Assembly (NCBI RefSeq): GCF_009914755.1
Contig: NC_060948.1
Length of the DNA stretch: 64,000 nt
Direction: 5' to 3' (one strand)
Origin: the human T2T-CHM13v2.0 reference genome, Homo sapiens
The notes beneath the pieces were generated by a model that was given only the letters and a program-made list of their open reading frames with translations, made no database searches and had not been told where the DNA came from. A program made the translations under genes and the position numbers. Of this stretch, positions 43,321 to 53,600 are shown one piece after another (position 1 is the stretch's first letter; each line of letters opens with the position of its first letter).

Positions 43321-45146
43321 AATTCTCTGCATGACAGGCTCCAACAATTTATGCAGGTTCTTTTCGAGGAAAGCTGGTCATTCCCTAGTTTTGCTAACAC
43401 CCTTCGCTGGCCTGAAAATCTGTTGTCCTATATAGACGAACTGGTGTGGCAAGGCTCCCTCCAGAACTTTCACCAACATGAAGTTCGCTTTGACAAGCCC
43501 CCTCTCAGACTCCCTCTCACTGGGTTTTTTTCCCTCACTGAGAATTGGAGTTCCGGACAGGCAGTCTCCTCTAGACTAGTAGCCACAGCAGCATGCCTGC
43601 CAGCAGGGTGCCAGGCACCCATAGCTTTCCTAGGTCTAAAATTATCTTCCCTAGGCCCAGCTAGAAAAAAACCCTGCACTTTGCTTCCTGTATGATCAAA
43701 GTAACTCCAAATACAATACCAGCTGGGCCAAAGAAAATGTAGGCTGTCCGTGGCACTGGTGCAATATCCATGAGGCATTAACTCGTACTGAAAAAGGATC
43801 TGACCCAATGTTCTATGTCAATACCTCCACTGGAGGATGGGATGGCTTTAACGGATTTAACCTCCAAATCTCTGACCCTTGGGACCCCTGCTGGGCCTCC
43901 AGTGTAGATGGAGGACTATATGAGCACAGAACTTTTATGTATCCAGTAGCTAAGATCCGCATTGCCAGGACGCTTAAAACCACTGTCACATGTTTATCCG
44001 ACTTAGCCTCCTCAATCCAGTCAGCCAAGAAAGAGCTTGCCACCCAGCTTCAACTGGCAGCTGACCAGGCCAAGTCCTCCCCCTTCTCATGGTTAACTTT
44101 AATCTCAGAAGGTGCACAATTGCTCTAATCCACAGGGGTACAAAACCTCTCCCACTGCTTCCTCTGTGCAGCCCTGAGAAGACCTCCCTTAGTAGCAGTT
44201 CCTCTCCCTACCCCCTTTAATTATACAAGAAATTCATCCACCCCTATACCACCGATCCCAAAAGGACAGGTCCCACTATTCTCAGCCCCTACAAGACACA
44301 AGTTCCCGTTCTGTTACTCTACTCCAAATGCCTCTTGGTGTAACCAGACCAGGATGCTTACCAGCACCCCAGCACCTCCCGGAGGCTACTTCTGATGTAA
44401 CTCCATGCTAACTAAAGTTCTTAACTCAACTGGTAATCACACCTTGTGCTTATCCATCTCTCTCATCCCTAGCCTGACCCTATATAGTCAGGACGAACTT
44501 AGCCATCTGCTAGCCTGGACCGAGCCAAGGTCGTGAAATAAAAGCAAATGGGCTATTTTCCTACCCTTAGTACTAGGCATCTCCTTAGCCTCCTCCTTAG
44601 TGGCATCAGGGCTAGGAAAAGGAGCCCTCACCCACTCAATCCAAACATCTCAAGATCTGTCTACTCGCCTGCAGTTGGCCATTGAGGCATCAGCCGAGTC
44701 CCTGTCCTCCCTACAGTGACAGATCACTTCAGTAGCACAGGTCACGGCAAAGAACAGGTGGGCCTTAGACTTGCTTATGGCAGAAAAAGGAGGGACGTGT
44801 TTATTGTTACAGGAAGAATGCTGCTATTATCTCAATGAGTCAGGGGTAGTTGAGACCAATTTACAAACTTTAAAAAAAAAAAAGATCCAAGAGGAGTTAA
44901 AACACTCCTACGACCCTCTCTGCCCTGGTCTTTCTGGTAGTTTTCACCCGTGGTTCAACAGATGCTCCCTTTCTTTATCCCAATTATAATTCTCTGTATA
45001 ATATGTGTTTTGCCCCAATTCTAGTACAGTTTCTCCACCAGCGGATACAAGAAATCACGAGGGTCGCTTTCAACCAGATATTACTTCACCCCTACATCCA
45101 ACTGCCAACCTCTGATTTAGGCCCCCTCCCCAACGATGCCCCTTAA
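43318..45146 (+). pseudogene. env: env remnant (EnvF(c)2-like), broken by frameshifts and stops
   Basis: ORF pieces at 43318-43695, 43808-44128 and 44771-44989; CFLC motif; ISD region NRWALDLLMAEKGGTCLLLQEECC (CX6CC). Confidence 0.92.
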
Positions 45147-45206
45147 CAGCAGGAAGTAGCCAGACGATTTTGTCATCCCTTTTCTATAACCAAAAAGAGG
45201 TTGGAC

Positions 45207-45546
45207 TGATTGGACTCCAGTGAAGACTCCAAGATGGCGATCGCCACCTCGGATACTCTGACTCTGCATTTCCGGGTTCACCTTTCCTGTTCCCACCACC
45301 CCGACTAACGCGCATGCCCACTAGGGCATGTCACACTCAGAAGGGCAAAACTCAACCGACCCTGCCCCTTCCCCGCCCACTCCTCACCCAGCATCCATAA
45401 AAGCACACTGCACCTTTGGTACAGCATGACTTCCCTGGCCTTCCCCCTGCGGACCAGTGAACCTCGCCCGAGAGCTCAATAAAGAAGATTTTTGCCCTCT
45501 TTGTCTCGCCTCTCGGCCTTATTGATCCATGGTGCCCTTCCATTGC
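45207..45546 (+). promoter_or_regulatory. 3' LTR (last ~6 nt missing), preceded by the PPT
   Basis: AAAAAGAGGTTGGAC, then TGATTGGACTCC...; a copy of the 5' LTR that ends at CATTGC and lacks CTTTCA. Confidence 0.92.
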
Positions 45547-46095
45547 AGGGCTGTGGGAGCACAGCAGAACGCCACTCAGGGAGAGGACAGGACTGCACGA
45601 GGTGGGACGCAGGGATCCCCACTGCTGGCCCAGCCACCATCTTGTGGCCACAGGGGACTGACAGCCACGCTGCACAGGAGACTTGGAGCTGACCGTGGAG
45701 AGGCCAGTCCTGCCGGTTTTACAGGCTGCTCTCTTCTCTTGGGATGCCAAACCCCCATACTCTCCATTTCACAGCTTGCAGGATGTCCTGGTATCTTAGC
45801 TATGCGTTGGCAAGTACCTGCAGATTACAGGGCTATTAACAGAGACTGTGAGGAAGTCACCTGGAGCTCCCAACGTGGAGAAGGCGGAAGAGGAGAGATA
45901 GTTGCCAAGTTCCCAGCGCAAGGGAGAGAAAAAATTCCCGCCAAACACCAGAAGCCACGCCCTCCCTTCCTCTCCAACTGCTTGCCTGATTGGACGGTTC
46001 CCACGCCACTGCCAAGGATTAGATAAAGTTCCAGGGCCCACCCACTCCCGCCCCTACCCCCACTCCTGCCCCTACCCCCACTCCCCCTCAACCTT
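45547..46095 (-). pseudogene. KRAB zinc-finger gene promoter, exon 1 and start of intron 1 (orphan relic)
   Basis: The - strand GGAGCTCCAGGT...GCCCTGTAATCTGCAGGTAC...AGCTAAGATACCAGGACATCCTGCAAGCTGTGAAATG matches the recalled ZNF91-type first exon ending in ATG (45767-45765). The donor reads GAGAGT instead of GTGAGT. CCAAT and TTTGGCGGGAA lie upstream and there is an intronic AAGATGGTGGC. Intron-like sequence continues at 40178-40287. Confidence 0.75.
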
Positions 46096-46107
46096 AGTGC
46101 CTTTCTG

Positions 46108-46145
<38 letters not shown>

Positions 46146-48335
46146 TCTGGGATACATGTGCAAAACGTGCAGGTTTGTTCCATAGGTTTACATGTGCCAT
46201 GGTGGTTTGCTGCACCTATCTCAAACTCCCGACCTCAGGTGATCCACCCCTCCACCTCCCAAAGTGCTGGGATTGCAGTCATGAGCCACCGTGCCCCTCT
46301 GCTGCACCTATCAACCCACCATCTCTGTTTTAAGCCACACACACTTTAGCTATTTCTCCTAATGCTCTCCCTCTTCTTGATGCCCATTCTCAGACAGGTC
46401 CGTGTGTGATGTTTCCCTCCTTGTGTCCATGTGTTTTCACTGTTCAACTTCCACTTATGAATGAGAACATGTGGTGTTGGATTTCCTGTTCCTGTGTTAG
46501 TTTGCTAAGGATGATGATTTCCAGTTTCATCCATGACCCTGCAAAGGACGGGAACTCATCTTTTTATGGCTACATAATATTCTGTGGTGTATATGTGCCT
46601 AATTTTCTTTCTCCAGGCTATCATTGATGGGCGTTTGGGTTGGTTCCAAGTCTTTGCTATTGTAAACAATGCTGCAATAAACATACGTGTGCATGTGTCT
46701 TTATAGTAGAACGATTTATAATGCTTTGGGTATATAACCAGTAATGGGATTGCTGGGTCAAATGATATTTCTGTTTCTAGATCCTTGAGGAATTGTCACA
46801 CTGTCTTCTACAATGTTTGAACTAATTGACACTCCCACCAACAGTGTAAAAGTGTATCTATTTCTCCACAGCCTCACCAGCATCTGTTGGTTCCTGACTT
46901 TTTAATAATTGCCATTATAACTGGCATGAGATGGTATCTCATTGTGGTTTTGATTTGAATTTCTCTAACGACCAGTGAAAATGAGGTTTATGTTTTTTGG
47001 TCACATAAATTTTTTTTTTATTATTTATTTATTTATTGAGACAAAGTCTTGCTCTGTTACCCAAGCTGCAGTGCAGTGGCAGGGTCTCAGCTCACTGCAA
47101 TATCTGCTTCCCAGCTTCAAGTGATTCTCCTGCCTCAACATCCTGATAAGCTGGGATTACAGGGGCCCACCCAAAGACCCAGCTAATTTTTTGTATTTCT
47201 AGTACAGACGAGGTTTCACCATGTTGGCCAGGCTGGTCTCATGATCCTCCTGCCTCAGCCTCCCAGAGTGCTGGGATTACAGGCCCGAAACACCTCACTC
47301 AGCCAAATGTCTTATTTTGAGAAGAGTCTGTTAATATCCCTTGCCACTTTCTCATGGTTTTCTTTTCTTTTTTTTTTCTTGGGAACTTATGTTCCTTCTA
47401 GATTCTGGATATTAGACCTTTGTCAGATGGATAGATTGCAAAAATTTTCTCCCATTCTGTAGGCTGCCTGTTCACTCTGATGACAGCTTCTTTTGCAGTG
47501 CAGAAGCTCTTTAGTTTAATTAGATCTCATTTGTCAATTTTTCTTTGTTGCAATTGCTTTCGGTGTTTTAGTGATGAAGTCTTTGTCCATGCCTATGTCC
47601 TGAATGGTATTGCCTAGGTTTTCTTCCAGGGTTTTTATGGTTTGGGTTTTTACATTTAAGACTTTAATCCAGCCAGGTGCAGTGGTTCACACCTGTAACC
47701 TGAGCACTGTAGGAGGCTGAGGCAAGCAAATCACAAGGTCTGGAGTTTGAGACCAGCCTGGCCAACATGGTGAAACTCCGTTTCTACTAAAAATACAAAA
47801 AATTATCTGGATGTAGTGGTGGGCACCTGTAATCTCAGCTGCTTAGGAGGCTGAGGCAAGAGAATTGCTAGAGAGGTATTTCCCTTTCTATTTGAAAATG
47901 GAGTTTCAGTGAGCCGAGATCAATCCACTGGACTCCAGCCTGGACAACAAAGTGGGACTCCATCTCAAAAAATAACCCGTGAAACAAAAATCTTTAATCC
48001 ATCTTGAGTTAATGTTTGTATAAGATGTAAGGAAGGGATCCAGTTTCTGTTTTCTGCAAATGGCCAGCCAGGTTTTTCAGCACGATTTGTTAAATAGGGA
48101 TTTTTTTTTCCCCTTTGCTTGTTTTGGTAAGGTTTATTAAAGATCAGATGCTTGTAGATGTGTGGTGTTATTTCTGAGATGTCTGTTCTGTTCCATTGGT
48201 CTGTATATCTGTTTTGTACCAGTAGTTGTTGTTTTGTATAGTTGTTTTGGCTGCTATAGCTTTGTAATATAGTTTGAAGTTGGCTAGCATGATGACTCAA
48301 GCTTTGCCATTTTTGCTTAGGATTGTCTTGGGTGA
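46108..48335 (-). mobile_element. 5'-truncated L1PA8-like LINE-1 with Alu insertions (47010-47305 -, 47671-47972 +)
   Basis: Poly-T, then the 3'UTR revcomp GGATACATGTGCAAAACGTGCAGGTTTG...TTTTAAGCC...CCTAATGCTCTCCCTC; ORF2 3' sequence further on. Confidence 0.88.
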
Positions 48336-49183
48336 ACAGGCAAACAGGCTCAAATAGTTGGAGTCACATGCCCAGAGTATCACAGCTAATTAAGAAGTGA
48401 GCTGAGACTTGAAATGCACTTGTTCTTTCCCTTTCCTGAGTCTGTTGTATAATGCATCTTAGCAGCTATTTAAAGGTAGGAAGTAGAACATTTGGAAACC
48501 TTTTTCACAACTTTTTAAGCATTTTGATAAGCAGGAAAGACCCTTGTCCCATCCCTGAGCCCCTCTCTCACAACACTGCACCCCACTGCTGACCACATCG
48601 TGAGGTGGCCATTAGGAATCAGGCAGGAAGCCAGGGCTGGGAATAAATAAGCAGGAATTATATTGCCCAAATTTGCTCATCTAAGAAAGGCTCCTCAACC
48701 ATACTGTGTGAGGAGGTTATTCCAGGGTAGTTGTGCCCTGACTGTGCTGCATCTCAGGCTGACTTCTGTTTTTGAAAATCACTGTATTACTCTTATTAAC
48801 GGGGGTAATTCTCTTTCTATTTGAAAATGACCGACTGTCCTCTGCAGGTGTCCTGATTTGATTTGCTAGTTTAGATTCTGAAGGTAGTGGTGAGAAAATA
48901 TTCGGGCCACATTTAGAATATCTCATTCTCAGCTGGAGGACATATAGAAATTTCTTAATATCTAACCGTTTTCTCAATAACCATTATATTTAACTGTGAT
49001 AGCTTGGAGGGCAGGGCTGGACACAGATGACACAATCTTCAAAGTTTAATTTGGTTGTATTTTTTTGTTTCATTTTGTTTGGATTTTGGATACTAGGTCT
49101 TGCTCTGGTGCCCAGGCTGGAGAGTGGTGGTGCACTCATAACTCATAATTTGATTGTAATGGTTCTTTAAATAACATATTTTT

Positions 49184-49721
<538 letters not shown>

Positions 49722-50619
49722 TCACACTACACCTGCTGGGATACGACTGTGTACTCTTTTTTTAAAAATAAAATCTTTCACCTAAGAGAAGGAGAGGAGA
49801 AAATGAGGGTTTCACATTCAAAGACTTCATTTTCTTTTTTTTTCTTTATGAAACAACAGCCGCTTGTCATTTGAGTTGTCCAAAGGTGACTGACAGCACT
49901 AATACACTTAAGGAATCAACCAAAGAAAATAGGCCTCTCAGGTGAGGAGGAGGCACAATGGTAACTAAACCCAATCCATTCTCAGCTTTGCATGGTGAAG
50001 GCATCTCAAGAAGTGGTGTTAGCCATGTGAGCCGTGTTCACTGGACAAGGCCAAGGGAAAGGAATTTCTAAGACATAGAGCACTCTCTAAACACTTCAAA
50101 AGACATTCAGCTATACACATGGCTGATGACCTGCCTGCTCTGCAGAGGGATTGCTGAGCATCAGCCACCAGCTGTAAAAGCTGTAAACTCTTCCTCTCAT
50201 AGGGACAGGCCACCCCCACACACCTCCCCCACCGCGAGCCCATAGGCTCCGGTAGTAAGGTTCACCTGGGGGACTGCCTTCCTCCCATCTCATTAGCTCT
50301 CCAAGAGTGTCCAGATGACTCTAAAACCTAGCCCCACAGCCTGGCACCTCTCCCCCACCTAGCCTTCACACTGGCCTTTTCTCTTCTGTCACCAGTGTCA
50401 GGTGATGTTCACCAGAGCTACAGTCATGAGTCTGGTAAACGACAGGTGAGTAAACTCCACCTGAGTGCCTGTTAGTCCACCCTCTTATCACCCACACAAA
50501 TGACATTATAAGCATAATTTTACCTTTGATCTAATTTATACATATTCTTCTTTTCATAAGATTACTGACAACAGCCCTCACAACCAAATGAGTCTGGGTT
50601 ACAGAACACACGGGCGAGG

Positions 50620-53600
50620 CTGGTGTGGCAGGTTTCACTTACTTTATTCCAATGTGAAATGAAAATGTGATGGTTTAGAGACAAGAAAAAGTTATTTATC
50701 AAGTGTGGAGTTGCTGCACTTGCCAGTTCACCCTCACTTCCTTTGAAACAAGGTATCTGAACAGGCCATATTCAAAAGTAGCTCTTTGCAAAACCCCAGA
50801 CAGAAGCCCCAGTCAGACACAGCTTCCTCAGGCTCAGAGGGCGGCAGCCTCCTCCTCCATGTTGGGCTCTGCCAACAGGAAAGGGAAAGAGCACAGACAG
50901 GACTGACAGGGAGTAGCCCAGGGTCTTAGGGATCCCCAAACTTGCCAAACCTGGTCTCTGCAGACGGGGCTGTGTGGCAAGGATCAGGAAGGGAGCTGGG
51001 CTCCACACAGAGGTGACAACCACTCCTGTATCTCTAAATTTCCACCAGGATCCATGATCCAGCCCTGCTTTCCCCCAGGCCCTTCACCTCCCCCCCGCCC
51101 CCCCACACACTGTGCGTTAGGCAGCTCAGGTCAAAATGGCAGAAGAATACATTCAGATTGTAGCTTTCAGGTATTCCCATCTGGCATGCAAGGAGTAGGG
51201 AGGCAAGTCAGGGCCTGTGGTGGTGCCTCTTGCTATGTCTGAGGGCAGGCGGGCCAGAGTTGGGCACATGGATGTCTACATGACCACCATTGCTGACTCC
51301 CTGCCCATCACTCAGAGCTGCAACCAGCCCAGGCCTATCACGATTAACAAAACCACTGCAGCTCTCATCATGTCACAAAACTAATGTGCACCCAGTGCCA
51401 GCCCTACACAGATCTCTGGCTTCCTATTCCAGGACACAGAAAAGCCTCCTATCTTTGCTATTTAAAATCCAGATTTTAAGCCATATTGAGCCTGGGGATA
51501 GTGGCAGCAAAAGCAGCAGCCAGATGTATACACTCCAGGTGTATATACTCATGGCTTGGGCACGTTCCACAGTTGTTGGAGGATGAGGCCTGAGAGGCAC
51601 CTGTTTCTCAGCTGCTAACTGATGTCCACACACTCCATTCATGTGTCTTCATGTAGGCCTCTGCATCAAATATTCATTGAGCCATTGCAAACATATCTTT
51701 TTGGAGGCATCGTTAATTGCAGCACCAGCCCCCACTTGTTCTAGAGGCAGTCAGGAGCAATCTGGTCAGCTCCTAATCCCCTAGGACAAAGGTGCTGTCC
51801 TCTTGCCAGTGGTCACATCCAGCAGCACCATCTCAGGATGTTTTTTTCAAACACAAGCAGTGTGAGGTAGCAGGCATGGCATGACAGGCTCAGGACCATG
51901 GGCAGCTGACTGCTGGAGAAGAAGCACAGTGCAGATGCATCTGTGGGTGGTGCCATAACAAGCCAATGCAGCCACAGCCCCTGCCCCCCCCACAACCCCA
52001 GCCCAGATGGCATTCAATTCTTCCCAGATGGTATTGGGGTGCCCGATGCCTATCACTCGCCCACTAATTAGCACTACCTTGTGTTGGTTACTCAGGAGAG
52101 GGGGTGGGGGGTGTAGATCCAGGTGGGCACCACCTCACAGCCAGAGTCCACCTGACTGCCGACCAGCAAGCAAGCCCAGGTAGCTCTGCTCTACACACTT
52201 GGCCTCATCACCTCTGGCTGCACTTTCTGTGTATACTTTGCACAAAGGTAGCAAAAAGAGGTCAACAGTAGCTGTTTTGACATGAAAGTCTATGCCCCCT
52301 TAAGATCTTCTAAAATATTGTTGTCTTAAGCCCTCTTTCTTCTAATACAATTTTTACCAATACACAAATACGAGACAGAAACTACTATAAATGAAATATT
52401 AGGATATTTAAAACTGATAAATAAACAGACAAACATGAAAACAGTCACTGTTTGGTTGCAGAGCACACCCTCAGGAAGCAATTATCAGATGAGCAGACAG
52501 GCCCCAGATCCCCCACCCAACGATGCTCTATCTCACTTTGCAGAGCTTCTGCGTTGGCCAGTCCTCAATGCTTTCTGGTGAGATGTCCAAGGTGAAGTGA
52601 ATGTTGAAGGCTGTACAGCTGATGGAGCTGACTGCCTTGCACATGTTGTAAATCACCCCCTGGATCCAAGGGTCAGCTGTGGTGAAACCTCTTGATGGGA
52701 GGTAGTGCCAAGCCACCATCAGTGTGCCTGGGCTGCCCTGATCTATACACCCCAGCTCCTTGCTGGGATGTCTGCCTGCTTCTCTCAGGGGATGGGTCAT
52801 GAGCCACCTCTGGCAAGGACCAGCTGGCTGGACAGGCTGGGTCCTCTCCCCCAACATCCTCAGCAGCCTTGCCTAAGCTGTCACCTGTGCCGATGATCTC
52901 CAAGGTAAGATTAGGGGAAATTTCTTAAGACAACTCTTTCCCCCTAATTTCTCTATCTTAATAACAGCAATGATAACTTTTAAGCCCTAGCAAGCTGAAC
53001 CTGCAAGACAAATGAGCTCCTGCCTTAGAAGGGCCAAAGTTGGGCAGTGTGTGCCCAGGTGAGAGACCATTGGTTGTTACTGAAGGTGGGGAGCTGGCTG
53101 GCCCTGGACACTAAGCCTAGTGAAAAGTAGGGTCTTCTTCCAGAGAATCAAATTCTCGAAGGCCAGAAAAAGATGCTTGGGTCGTTTGCCAAGAAGCAGA
53201 AGGCTAGAAGGCCTTGCAGGGAACCCCAGGCAGCCTTCAGGGTGACTGAGAGGGCTGGGCTCATTCCTGCTTTCCTTGCTTTCATTCTGTCAGCAAGAAA
53301 ACCTGCCTGCAGATGGTAGGTGGGCCTGAGGCTGCCACTCAGTCACTAGGGGCTGTAGGCACTTTCACTGTGGTTCTTTCTTGAAGCAGCCACTCAGGCC
53401 GTTCTTGCAGAGCAGTTCCCTCATTGTCTGCAGCTCCTTGTTTCAGTCCTGGGACCATAGAGGGACCAGGGAGGGAGGCAAGGGCTCAGCCTGTGCCCCA
53501 CAACTTGCTCTGAGAAGTCTACCTTTTCTTTCTTTCTTTTTTTTTCCAGACGGAGGAGAAGTCTCTTTTGTTACCTCCCTATGGACAGCCTCAAACTTCC

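Larger units (their letters stand above)
40288..45546 (+). mobile_element. HERV-Fc2-type provirus, ~5.26 kb, internally deleted
   Basis: Paired LTRs, tRNA-Phe PBS, gag-pro-IN-env order and a PPT. The env peptides closely match recalled EnvF(c)2 (MNS..DRLQQF..EESWSFPSFANTL.WPENLLSYIDELVWQGSLQNFHQHEVRFDKPPLRLPLTGF). Confidence 0.93.

Noticed and set aside
43318-45146. Domesticated, intact env (syncytin-like) gene
   Set aside because: Multiple stops and frameshifts; the longest piece is ~125 aa.
51290-51700. Possible VN1R-like or out-of-order CLUH exon
   Set aside because: The resemblance is too weak to assign by eye; it needs a translated search.
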